A stretch of DNA of 62,132 bases, the filler included, from Choristocarpus tenellus KU-1152 (lineage: Eukaryota; Protista; Phaeophyceae), in assembly GCA_964200185.2 (NCBI GenBank). It is 10 parts of 10 records of this genome, joined end to end, with 100 filler letters (N's around TTAATTAATTAA, not from the genome) between each part and the next. Parts side by side here need not be neighbours in the genome. Positions count along the whole stretch, not along the records: positions 13,822 to 23,608 come from CAXNAD020003393.1; positions 23,709 to 29,412 come from CAXNAD020009961.1; 8 more parts are not named here. One strand, given 5' to 3'. How positions within the stretch are numbered: position 1 is the first letter of the stretch; every line of letters starts with the position of its first letter. The notes under the pieces were generated by a model, which saw nothing but the letters and a program-made list of their open reading frames with translations, had not been told where the DNA came from and did not search any database. This document shows, in pieces, positions 14,036 to 26,799 of the stretch. The translations under genes were made by a program, and so were the position numbers.

Positions 14036-14499
14036 CATATATATATTGTCCTCTGACATTATCAGTTGTTAATAATATCGTCTACCTCCGCGTCAACGTA
14101 GGTGAGGTGGTAGACCTGTGCCAATTCCGTTTTGGAATATTGTGTCGTTTGGAGTTTTGTAATTGCGTGAGGGGAAGGGGAAAACCAATAGGGAAGCTAC
14201 TTGATGGTTAAGCCACCTGCTGATGTAGATGCGAGATTACAACAGTAGTACCATTTTTTTTAGAACTTCAGACGTCTTTTTGAAAATTCAATTCACTTCC
14301 ATGTATGTCGTATATATAGCCGGTAATGGCATATATTGGTGGTGATCTTCGTAAAGACGAATCCTGAACTCACACCCCCAATCTTTTCGTATTTTAACCC
14401 GAGGCATACAACGTTTGACTTTTGAGGTTCATAGTACAGGACAACTTCTTGTAACTGCGTGGGCCTGTACCACGGTTAGGTGATTATTTTCACGAAACT

Positions 14500-16060
14500 A
14501 TGGCGGAGAAGGCTGGTACTGTACCCCCGTCGTTCCTGGTCAGCCTTGTGGTGAGTGCGATGGAAACAAGGTTTGTCCATCACTCGCCACTTTTGCGTAA
14601 CATAATGGGTAACATGACCTTGTCCTTTGTAACCATATCGGATGATGCTGAAGTCCGGTGGCGTGGCCGGCACATCGGTCGATGTCGCACTATATCCGCT
14701 TGACACGATCAAGACACGCCTTCAGGCCCCCCAAGGGTTCCTCAAGGCAGGAGGCTTCCGTGGAGTTTATAGGGGCATTAGCGCAGCTGCCATTGGATCA
14801 GCACCAGGAGGTGTGTTGAGATCCCTAATTCATCCCCGATTCTCATCATGAAGCACTCTACTTACCTCTAATGCCAACATGAGCTTCAGCATTCATGATA
14901 AGTCAATAGGGCTTGTTTTTGTGCTTCGAGCCAGTCAGAGCTTGTATGTATACACACGACCTCTACGACTCCGTTTATTTCTCAGCAAAGTATTTTGGAA
15001 AGCTGTTACCTTGTCTCACTAAAACATACGTTTTAATCTTGTGCAGCGGCGTTGTTTTTCAGTGCTTATGAGACCTCCAAAGGAGTGTTTGGAAGCACCT
15101 CTCCTGTGTCCCACATGGCTGCTGCATCCATCGGTGAAATGGTGAGTCTGTAGGCCTTGAGGGATCACTTCCCATACCTTGTTTCACAGACTGATCTTTT
15201 GCGGAACCTTGATGGGAAAGCTAGTAGTGGTCATCTTGTACAATGATCACTAGAGTCTTCCATACCAATATCTTTCGCTGTATCTGGAGGACATAGAGAA
15301 ACAGTAGCTGAGCCGTGTTTGAAGCCCGTTCAAGTCCTAATTGGAGCATTCCTGGGAAAAGAAAATTGCCAATCAAAATTTGCCTTGTCTTCCATTGATC
15401 GATGTGGAGTGATCTCACCGCGCAAGCCCCTAACATTGGAAAACGAGTGTATATACGAGAGGTGTCTTTATCCATAGGGCAGGCGAAATTTTAGTCAGCA
15501 GGTAACCATTTTAACAGAACATTAGTAATCTCTAATCAGGGCCTTGTAGTGAGCATGCCACACACACCCTCAATAGGCGCCTATCCCTCAGCACTCTTGC
15601 AGGCTCCATCTAGTACTAAATCATCACCCATTTCCATTTCGCAGGTTGCGTGCCTTGTTCGTGTTCCAACAGAGAACGTCAAGCAGAAAATGCAGGCAGG
15701 GCTTCATGCCTCTGCCCCTGACACGATCAGGGCTGTGTTGGGAGAGGCGGGACCACTAGGATTGTACACTGGCTTCCTGACCACCGTCATGCGGGAGATT
15801 CCTTTCTCCCTCGTGCAATTTCCCCTCTATGAACGCCTCAAGGTGTTGAAAGGGCTCGTTTCATATGGGGTTCCTTTTTCTCAGCTCTGTGACTTATAAT
15901 GCCGTGTTTGCAAAAAAAAAAATCTCCTTTTGTGGATTTGGAATGCAATGCTCGATTTTAAGCCTCTATGTCACGTGGTACAAATTTGGTGAGCCCAGCG
16001 TTCTGTCTTCACCTTGAGATGGTGCAGTCATGAAAGCATGCCTTGGTTTGGCGTGCGCAC

Positions 16061-16099
<39 letters not shown>

Positions 16100-19000
16100 A
16101 CTCTCTGAATGTTGTATGGACTAATTGCAGACATTTCATAATCTACTACTGCTCTTTAAATGCACTCTGATCAGCATCCAATTCTATCACCGACGTTTGC
16201 ACACATTTGGGTGGGGTACTTTGGTTAAAACGTGTGTGACACATGTGGATTATGTCAAAACCATACCGTAGTCTTACTTACAATATTTTAACGAAAAAGG
16301 TTGTTGTGGACACTGCCAGGTGCATAGATTGCAAGGGCTCAATCTGTGGTACACAGAGTTTGGTTTTGTTGCTTTTTTTTTAATAATTAAATTTTTCATT
16401 TGGGTTTGTCTGGCTTTTTTGCACAGGAGTTGATATACCCAAACCTCTCAGCTTCTCTCCGTGTCTCTTCACCGCGGACAAGATCGATCAAGTATGTACG
16501 CCTGCCCAATTTTTAAAACACAAGCATGAGAAGGATTTGGTCAATTTTGTTTCTTCTTTATAATGTTGCTGCTGCTACTGCATTGCAGATTATCTCCTCA
16601 GGCTACATTGGCCGACGTTTAGAGCCGCATGAGTCTGCTGTTTGTGGATCTGTGTCAGGGGCGTTCGCAGCAGCTGTAACCACCCCGGTGGATGTTGTGA
16701 AGACTAGGCTCATGCTTGGAAAGGTGTGACACAGAGTGTATCTCCAGGAAGGCTTTTTTTCGTGTCACACACACTCATATGCACGCATACATACCTACAT
16801 ACACATTAAACACATGAACACGTACACACACACATACACGTATGTGTATGTTATGTGTATATGTGTAAATAGTTTCCGTTTGGACCTTTGCATCCTCAGA
16901 TGGATGTACGACTTTGTTGGGAGGGAAGTCATCGATGGGGGGTCATCCTTTTTGTGAACGTTGACTTGTTTATAGTCCTCCCCTTGGGATGTGAAGCACT
17001 GGTTTCAGCTCTGTCTGCTATGTCTCATCGGTCAACACTGTGACCCTACTGGTGATCAATATTGAAAAGAATAGTGTACGGGATAGGAGGCGTTTTGAGG
17101 AAGTTGATATGTCCACTCTGAAGATAATTTTTTTTTCAGCGGAAGCCAGCACACCCCTCAACAGGAACTTGAATAAAAAACCCTGCATGTACTTGTGTAT
17201 GTGTATATAAGAAAAAAAGACTGTGGGAAAAATCTAGGAACTTTTTATTTTTATTTTATATTGCAGCAGGTTGTTTGTTCCTAACAGCAGTAATTTGTTA
17301 CGTGATTTTAAATTTTAGTGTTGATTGAGGTGTGGTACATGATAGTGTTGATAGAGGTGCGTTACACAATAGTGCTGATAAAGTGTGTGGTTTAGTCTGT
17401 GTGTGGCGGGATAAAGTGTTTGTTGTTTTGCCATTGCCGAGGAGCTGTACTTCAAGGTGCAACTGATCTTCTGATGCATGCATGCATGCATGTATGTATG
17501 TATGTATTTATGTGTATTTGAGCATTTAGCCTCTGATGGAATGTGGAAGGTTGTGTACCTTACCTCCTGCGTTGTTGGTGTTGGTGTTGGTGTTTGCAGT
17601 TGTTAGCTGTGTGTGTTTGACCAACCGAGGTTAGAAGAGTTTGAATCACACCCTATTATGGTCTGGGTTAGGGTTAGGGTTAGGGTTGGTCCGGTTGATG
17701 CTCTCAGGTTTACAACAGTTGGTTGTGATATAGTGATAGTGTTGCCCGAAAAGGGTACACCTTGTTGTTTTGTTCATGATGTTCGTTTTTATTTTGTGCA
17801 GCATAACACGCCCAACACCTCTAAATTTTTTTTTCAGGGATGCCCAATATTTGATTCTGTGATGATTCACTAAGTATCTCACCCTATTTTACAGAGTCCC
17901 TGATCAAGTGCCTTGGCCAAGAGTGTTTTGAGATGGTTCCATCTCAGTCAACAGTGTGTTAATGCGTGTTTCCACTACTTTTACTATAGCACTGACTTGA
18001 CACTACTATAGTCAGTGATGCGGACTATGTATGTAGTTCAAGGATTGCACCATCCTGGTTTTGGCTTTTTCATAAAAAAAATTGTTACTTGTTTGACTGA
18101 AAGATTTGAAAAATGATTTCAGTGCTCTGAACGTTGTTTGGAATGTTCTATGACAATACATTGTTTTTCATCTCTCATTCTTCATCTCTCTGCTCTTCCG
18201 ATGGTAATGACTTTGTGTTTGGCATGTTCTATCAGGAGCTAGGAATGGCCCCTCCTCTGTATTAATACACTAATGCCTCCCAATATCATTACCAACACTA
18301 CACCGTTTTGAAACACGTCTTCTATACTTGCATCACCTTTTGCTATGTAATTATTTCTCTGTCCCCCGAATGTGATTATTATTTTATTTGTTTTTTTGGT
18401 TGCAGGACAAGCATGGGGTACAGTACAGAGGAATGTTCAACACATTCCGCCGGATCTATGTGGAGGAGGGTGGGAAGGCGCTGTTGTCGGGGTTGTCGCC
18501 TCGGGTATGCTGACCCTAACCCTAACACTTGGTTTTGTGTAGCACTTAGTCTATTAGCTACTCCATCTATGTATCATACAGACTTTATGCCTGTAGGGTT
18601 GCCTCATTTTTTTTTTGTAAGGAATTGTGCCCTTGTGTGGGTTTGTTAAAGAGGATAGTCAGACTTTTGTAGTACTGTACTGTCTTTGTTCTACCAAGAG
18701 GTATATCATACAGTTTGCTTTGCCTCTTGTGTAGTGGAAGGTCTGTGAGATCAACCTTAGCAGCACATTCGCCTTTCCAATGAAAGTAGAAAACCATTGA
18801 TTGACAGGATGTAAGTGTACGCGGCATCCCCCTCCATAGTTTTCCACAGTTTCTTTTTCAACTTTTAAAAAATCATCCCGTGCCCTCACTTCTTTTTTTT
18901 TAACACTTTGTTGGTTAGGGTTAAGGTTTGTTGGTAGTCCCAATACACCAGCAGTGTGATTGAAAAATTGTTGTATCACCATTGTTAGACTGTCCCACCT

Positions 19001-19258
19001 CTTTCCATCTCGAGACCCAACTAACTCCCTCGTCTCCCTCATCTAATATACATACTGTGATTATTATCGAGACAGAATTAATTTGCATCTCTTGTTGGAA
19101 ATATCTGTGGGATTATGCATCTGGAGAGGACGTGCTGACCAAACTCCCACCTATTTCTTGCCCGGTTGTGCCCCCAGGTGACTTGGATAGGCATAGGTGG
19201 CTCGGTGTTTTTTGGCATGTATGAGTTGTCCAAGGAGGTTCTTACCAATCACCTTTAA
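14500..19258 (+). CDS. SLC25A26: Mitochondrial S-adenosylmethionine carrier (SLC25 family); exons 14500-14550, 14654-14810, 15047-15141, 15645-15842, 16589-16723, 18406-18504, 19178-19258
   Basis: Three carrier signatures ([30 protein letters not shown]) plus SAM-carrier-specific [67 protein letters not shown]. Complete ATG to TAA with GT-AG introns. Confidence 0.95.
16057..16098. repeat. (CA)n microsatellite in a SAM-carrier intron
   Basis: Direct reading. Confidence 0.9.
17665..17687 (+). repeat. Interstitial telomeric repeat (TTAGGG)n; further short runs at ~18512, 19625-19657, 20705, 22489, 40988, 41427, 41659, 42580, 44381, 44933, 45191-45233, 49865-49890, 59665
   Basis: Direct reading of 2-5 unit GGGTTA/TAACCC runs in both orientations. 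Confidence 0.9.
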
Positions 19259-22200
19259 GGCGCGATTTTCAGTTTGTGAGGCCTTTTTTTTTTTCAGGGC
19301 CTGTGCTGTTAAGGGGATGGGGTTTTAAAGAGGTGTACATGGTACAACACAATAGCCGGTTTTGGTATGGCGAACGGTACCAATTGATGTGCAATTTTTG
19401 ATTGATTTTTTTTGTGCAAACGCCTGCTGCGTGCAACGCTCGTGAAGCTTGGCGGCGATCTGCACGCACCGATCCGTGTGTTGCTTGCATGTTTGAGAGA
19501 CGGTTGAAGATCATTGGAAAAAAAATAAGAAGAAGAAAGGTCTGTTTGATTTTTTGACTGGCTTGACCCACGTAAACGTTTTTTAATTTGCAACACTGAC
19601 TTTTGTTCTCTTTTATTTTTTGTTGGGGTTGGGGTTAGGGTTAGGGTTAGGGTTAGAGTGCCCTTTTTGGTTCTGATACAGGAGAGGTGTGACCAGGATA
19701 GTCTTTGCTTTTTCATATGTCATTACAATATTACAGTGGTGTGGGATTTCATTTAGGTGGGAAATAATTGTGTTGATTACTTTGATAGGTTTTGAGGGGC
19801 AATGTTCAATACATGGTGTTAACGATTTCATTAGAAAATTTCTCTTATCTGATGCCCTGGAGCATCTCCATAGCTGATTGGTCAGAGGCCAGCACTCTTG
19901 CAAAAAGGTAGTGCACAAGTTCAAAGCTAATTTGTGAACAATTTTTTGTTTTGTTTCAGATATATCCAGTTTTGGTGAGTAGAGTTAATGTGGCAGGTAC
20001 TACAGGTTGTACACCTGTACTGTGGTGACTGCTAGGTTGGCTGGTTGACTGACCGACTGACAGTTGCTATTGTATGTCCATGATAGCATGGGAAGGGTGT
20101 AAGGAAGTGGTGAGGTTTATTTACACCATTAGGCCCCTTGAACAGCAGTCACGATGAGGTTCAAGGTGGAAGGTGGAGTGACAATGAGATGGGTGAACTC
20201 TACCCTCAAGAGACAATGCATGCAGTGGGCATCGAAATTTTGGTGGTAATACAGAGGCGATTTATAGGGTTTATGTGGAAAGTAGTGGTACTGCTGATAG
20301 TGCAATTTGTGGGTACCTCTGACCACAGGTTGAGCTAGTCCCTGGGCTATGCTTAAGACAGTAACATAGGTTCAGGTAGTTGGTAGATTCACCAGTCTTG
20401 AGATGGTGTCATTGTGTCATGAGGGTATTATCTGGTGGTCATCGATGAGTAAAATAATTAACATGATTTATGAGCGCTTTTGTCAACTGCTTGAGAGGAA
20501 GTTCATCATAGTCCAGCCAAGAGTTTAATATATATATATATATATATATACATGTGTAGTTATACCATAATACTGTCTGTTACAACATTGGTGGGAAGGG
20601 AACATGGTTCTAATACATTCACCATCAACAATAATAACAATAATAGGTATGTTGTAGACAACACTTAGCTAGTGTCCATAGATGCATTCGCCCTGAAATA
20701 TTCCCCAACCCTAACCCTATCGATCTTTGTACTAATACTGTGTTATTAATAATATTGTACAGTGCCACTACCATATTTTAATGATAGTAATAATAACATA
20801 GAATCCAATAGTTGTACTCATCCCCCCCCTTGAAGATCATGCTTATGGTATGCCCTTGGTTCCTAGCTTATTTTACCAGCAATTTCTATTCAGTCGGAAA
20901 TGAGATCAACGTCTCTTGAGGTTTCTGATATTGTTCTATTATTCCCCGAGATCATTTTTTTAGGTTAGTTTTCTTGGATGTATTGCTGCCCCTTTTTTGA
21001 AACTTGTTTGGAATCTCTTTGATGATTGACTAAGAAGACGGTCGGGATTTGGAAGATCTTTTTCTTACAGCAGAGGTTTGTTTCCACAATAAACATTGGT
21101 GTGGATCGACAATTAGTTGTGAATAGTGATACACTACTTCAGAGTACATTTTTAGTTTCTGATGCCTCCATGATGCCTTATAAGGACGGATTTCAGCGTC
21201 CACTTACCTCTCATTAGTCTTGGTCAAAATCAAGATCTGGAGGCAAGGTGTACCTTCCTTTCCAATCTACGCATCCATTGCCATCATCAAAAGTTATCCA
21301 TAATCCATGATATTTGCTATTGTTGTTATCCTCATCGTTTACTATCACTAGGTAAAGTCATGTATGTCCCCAAGATCGAAATAGTAGCAAGGGAGAAATA
21401 TAGAGCTTTTCGTGTTGTACTTCGCTTTTGTGGTACACCAATTTCTTTGTACTATACTTTTCGGTATAAAACGATCAAAAAAATTCTACATTATTATTAT
21501 TAATAATTATGATCTTGATACATGAAGGCAGTACTATACACACATACCAATAATAATGATCGCGTTATGTGTATCATTGTTAGTGGGAAATTTACTTCTC
21601 ACTAGCATATTTCTTGTGCTTATCAACACAGGCTAGAACCACTCATCAAACCGATCTCTATGGATTGATGTCATGGTTCCTTTGAGAAGAAATGAGAGGC
21701 GCACTGGACAGCAGTGCTTCTTCATCTGAGCTGACGTGGTGTGGTTCAACACCTCACTCAGTAAGGGTTGGTTTTCTTACTTTGGCTAGTACCGTTAGAG
21801 TAGAGGGCAAGAAAGAGTGAATGTACTACATACTTAGAAATGAATTAGTATTCCGAAGTAGCAGCACTCTCAGAACAGATCCTATTGGATACTCATCAGG
21901 TTAATGTATTATTAGGTGTAGGTGAACTTGAAGTTCACGACACTCACTCATATTATCATGGTATCGTAACCTGTCATACATAGATCCAACCTTCCACAAG
22001 GAACACATATACACGCATCATACATACACTAGATACATACCTCAAGTATATAATGTATGTATTTTGTGTGTGTGTAAAGGATCAATTTTGTTTCTGTTGA
22101 ATGTATGTGTTTTGGGTTCCCTTCACAATCCAAATGTTGACTTACAGTGTGTACCTGTTGAGGTACGTCAAGAGACTACAGAACCACTTCATTAATAAGT

Positions 22201-23549
22201 CCATCTCTTTTGGAGGTTGGGAACAATAAAGGCTTTACACTCAGCCAGGATCTTAACTTGTCCCCAGACCGACCTACAGAAATACTTGAGACTCTGGGAC
22301 CGAACCTTTCAGAAATATACTAAGTCAGGCAGGGGTCTGTACCGGACCTTCAAGAAATATACTAAACCTGCCCACGGTCCTGATTGGACCTTTCACAAAT
22401 CCTACAGACCCAGGAGCGTAGATCAAACCTTTTGACAAACATTATACAATGGACCGGTAAAGATAGTCCGAACACGCTGGGTCGATCTTACCCTAACCCT
22501 AACCTACTGTACCGACTACCTCAGACTGCAAATGGACAGGAAAAATCAGATCAAGAATAATAACAATACCCACTCACAGATGAGATAAAATGCACGAACC
22601 AACTTGTCAGCATACATCATGCACAATTGCTGGTAACAGTTACGCACACTGCAACCATCAGAGAAGTCAACTTCTACGGCCCCAACAATGCACGCCAGAG
22701 TTCGCTGCAATCGGGCTTACCTGGGATATTTCAGTTCTTCTGGAAAGATATGAAACCAGGGGTATAAGCAACCATGGACTGGATCCTTCAGAAACCTCTG
22801 CCACCCTGAACTGGACCCTTCACAAACAAAAACAAGATTGTGGTCCAGACCAGGTCATTCGCACCTGCCTGACGTAATGCAGACAGAGCCCTAACAACAA
22901 CCAGTATCCAGGTGGCAGGCACCCCAGCAAACCACTCACACACACATAACACTAAAGAGGAACGGTGTCCTGTATCATACTTGGCACTAGGTGTACGTAG
23001 TAGATGTACACCATCTCCAGAAAAATAAAAAAGAGATCAAACACCCCCCCCACCAACAATAGAAACAAACCAGCGTGTTACGTGACAGACATAGACCAGG
23101 ACGGCTAATATGATCATTGAAACACACCTTTCCAGTAATATACAATCAACTGCTCCACTGAAGCATTACAACAACAGCACCTCAATGCTCCTCACTCACT
23201 CCCAATCCTTTCCACACTGGAAACAGTTTCATTGTGACAGGTGTCCTTATCTCCTTTGTCAGAGCACAGAAACAGAGGGCCCCCGCCCAGCACACTCACA
23301 GTCCATGTCAGAGGAGAACTGCCCCCAGGGCAAGAAGCATCGCCATGAGGTTCTTTCACGTCTGCTCACAACATGTTGCAACATTGAAGAGGAAAGTAGA
23401 CACTACCACAAACCAGAAAGAAGCAACAACCAATCAAACGCGTAGACCAATCAGAGGGACCAATCACAAGACAAAGAAAGAGGACTGAGATCAAACCAGA
23501 TAACAGATTCATCAATGCTCATCACACACAACCTACGAGAGTCCATTTC

Positions 23550-23604
<55 letters not shown>

Positions 23605-24959
23605 ACCCNNNNNNNNNNNNNNNNNNNNNNNNNNNNNNNNNNNNNNNNNNNNTTAATTAATTAANNNNNNNNNNNNNNNNNNNNNNNNNNNNNNNNNNNN
23701 NNNNNNNNCCCCCTCCCACCGATACTTTGACCCAAACACACGTCTTGTGTTCCAGGATAAGATGCAAGTAGTTTTCAGGCGATATTGATCAGTTTCCAAA
23801 TTATAGATAATATACTCCTCGACCAAGTATCACTACACATGTTTCAGTACACATAGGACAGAGACTAGAGGAAGAAGCTCCTTGACTTCCTCACCATACA
23901 CCTTTTCGTGGTTGGACAACACGTAGAGACTTACACACAACTATGGGTCAGTGTTGCATGCGTCACTGATTAGTGCTGAGAGCTTTTTTTGGTTTGGATT
24001 GTTGGTTGAAATATTCACCTGTTTGTTAGTTGAAATATTCACCTGCTTGTCATAATTAAGAATCTTAAAAAGAGTAGACTTGTTTTCTACCATGATATAA
24101 TCATTGTAAATTCTAAAATGTGTCTTGTTGGACAGTGTTTGCAATAATTTTATATATAATTGGTTCGAAATTGTTCGATATGTACTCCATAATTATCGTT
24201 ACATTGTCAGCAGCCAAAAAGTCCTGTGAGAAAATTGCTCGAACCTAAATCGAATGAATCATTCTTTATAGTGAAATGTGTAGTTTCCAGTGTATGGGTA
24301 AGTGATAGTGTTGTAAAACACCGATGAGTTTGTCCAGTTGTAAGTGAGGTGATGGATCGCTTACTGAAGAATGGTGTTGTGAATTCAGTACTCTTTCCTG
24401 AAATGTTCGATGGAAGAAAGTCATCCTGTAAGAAGAGGGTAGTTACCTTACCAAACAATTGTTTCTTGCATCGCTTAACTCTAAATATATGCCATCCATA
24501 TATCTGTATCAAGTACACTTATTGGAGAGTTATCTTAGTGTAGTGTAGTATTCGGAGGATATTCCAATCAAGAAGAAATTGTAATGAACAATTAACCTAC
24601 AACTTAGGTCTTCTATTGGTAAGAAGAAGAAAGAAAAAGAAAACCAAAACAAACAAAAGAACAGAACAGACTTGAATCAATATCTGATGTAACTGAAGTG
24701 ATGGATACTATGCATGTGTGTGGGATGGGGAGGGAATGTTCTGTATTGTGGTGGTGTTGTGATGGTAATTGATGGGGTGATGAACTAAAGAGAGTAATGA
24801 CGAGTCCGTAGCGGACCAATCAACAGTCAGTATTGAGTGGTAATACTATATCTCGTCAAGAAATGCAAATTGAGGAATAGGTAGATTGGAGACAGAAAGA
24901 CAGTGGTACAAGATGATAGTAGTGAAACAACAAATAGAATGGGGTGTTGAGATTCATTA

Positions 24960-26402
24960 TGATGTCTTATCCAACAGCGTTGGGAAAGTCTACTACGAAA
25001 ATCAATCGATGTGAACAGAATGAAATTCACCTGTGATCCAGCAAAAAGGCAAAAACAAGTAATGCCACTCGAAGGTGATGTGCAAATTCAAATCATCTTC
25101 AGTACGGTTAGTGGGCGCCTGGATGACGAAAGAGCAGTCTGCCTTAGCCCGTCATAGCTTCCATCTATTTCGATCCTTCCCTGGACATTCCTCATTAGAT
25201 TGAGCGATGGAGGTAGGTCTTTTCCCGAATGGTGGCAACTTTTATCACTCGCTTTGTCTGTGTCTAAATCAAGTGGGGATCGAAGAACAGCCTGGGGAAC
25301 GGATGTGACTGGTCGAATGGGTTTGGATTCATTGCTTTTTGGAAACATGGTCCATATTTCGCAGGAACCGAAGCAAGTTGTTTGTTTAAGCAGCACAGAC
25401 AGCAGGCAAGGAGTTCTGGGTTAAAACAGTCTGAAGCATCAGTGCGAGGGTTGCCAGTACACTGTTGACAACATTTTGGTGTGTCAGTGAAGTTTGGCTT
25501 GATACCTTACCTTGAATGGACGTCCTGTTCTGGTGAGGTAGTCCTACTTCCTGCCTAACGATCAGGGTTTCGGCTGAGACAGTGAAAGGGTGTGACATAC
25601 TAGCAAACATAGCACGCGCATCTGCAATGCTACCCAAAACCAGTGTGAGTCTTGTTCTGGTACAAAGCAGCTTTTGTAGCACTTGGGTTGGCTGGGACAA
25701 ACAACACGTATTGGTCGCTTCGATTGGATAATTCCTCTATGAGATCATCAAACCTTGAGTGTTGTCCTGAGAGTCTTAATGAGGCCATAATGCTATTCGG
25801 TATGTTTCGCAGTTGAGATGGGATATTTCACCACGTTTGGTAATGAAAAACACTACAAATATATTGGCGAAACACACGGTGATACATCAGACTTTCCAAT
25901 AGTGAATTTCATTCTGCAGAAACACTATTATTTTATTATTATGCCCTCTGACATTTTGCAGATGTGTCAGGGGGAAACCAATGAGAACTATATACATACG
26001 TGTATATAAAATATCCTAAACATAAGAACACTCTATTATCGTATTTGCGCAAGATGAAATACATTATCCAAAGTTGGATAACGGTGATAAGGAAATCCAC
26101 TACGAAAATCAGATTTCGCAAAATGAAGTTCACTACCAAAACGAAAAAATGCAAAAAACAAGAAACACCACCCGAAGGTGATGAGCAAATTCAAACCATC
26201 TTCAGCACGGCTAGTGGGCGCCCCATGACGAAAGAGCAGTCTGCCGTAGCTGGTATTAGCTTCCATCTATTTCGACCCTTCCCTGGACATTCCTCAGTGG
26301 ATTGAGCGATGGAGGTAGGTCTTTGTCCGAATGGGGTCGACTTCTATCACTCGCCCTATCTGTGCCTAAAGGAAGTGGGGATCGAAGAACAGCTTGGGGA
26401 AC
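24960..26402. repeat. Diverged direct repeat (~24960-25300 and ~26060-26402), probably from a decayed mobile element
   Basis: The core 25070-25300 aligns to 26173-26402 (cgaaggtgatg...tggggaac) with scattered substitutions. Confidence 0.8.
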
Positions 26403-26799
26403 CTGTCAAGATTACGCTTGACCATTTGTGGGAATATGATTTGAAGTATTATTTTATGTACGTGCACAGATGATAATGCGGGGCATTCGGGATATTTAGG
26501 CGGAGTATTTGACCAGAAGTAATCAGCATACTGTTAGAGTCGGAGTGTTTCTGACGTGTACTAGAGAACTGTTGAGTCATTTGGTATTCTGAGTCATTCA
26601 ATGTAAGGGTTGGTGAGCCCCACCTGGTGAAGGTATTTCACTTTCTTCTCAACTGTGATACAAGCTAATAAACAATAATATAACTGGTTGTGTGGGACAA
26701 CAGATCGTCAAGGACAGCTTAACATATGCTATAGCACTCTTTATGCGTGCTTGTGTAATTATTATACTTGGATTTAGCTATCACGGGAAGGAGTCAAGA

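Noticed and set aside
138-19258. Apparent one-carbon/SAM gene cluster (SHMT near the mitochondrial SAM carrier)
   Set aside because: They lie on different contigs joined by an artificial linker at 13722-13821, so proximity is not evidence.
19428-19468. SECIS element
   Set aside because: Lacks SECIS geometry, and the upstream CDS has no in-frame TGA.
20810-20835. Polypurine tract + TG (minus strand CAAGGGGGGGA-TG) suggesting an LTR start
   Set aside because: No second LTR, PBS or recognisable gag/pol sequence found.
23551-23608. ~55-nt poly-C run
   Set aside because: At a contig end; likely a homopolymer or sequencing artefact with unreliable length.
23940-25030. Penelope-like GIY-YIG/RT remnant (TGQTHR, ESQHP fragments)
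   Set aside because: Only short chance-level motifs; no coherent RT or endonuclease alignment by eye.
26166-26183. Bacterial rho-independent terminator
   Set aside because: Eukaryotic context with no bacterial-type gene upstream; kept only as a hairpin observation.
26262-26313. Hammerhead-like core (CTGAGGA...GAAA) on the minus strand
   Set aside because: Stem I is missing, two mismatches flank the core in stem III, and the other repeat copy lacks the conserved C.
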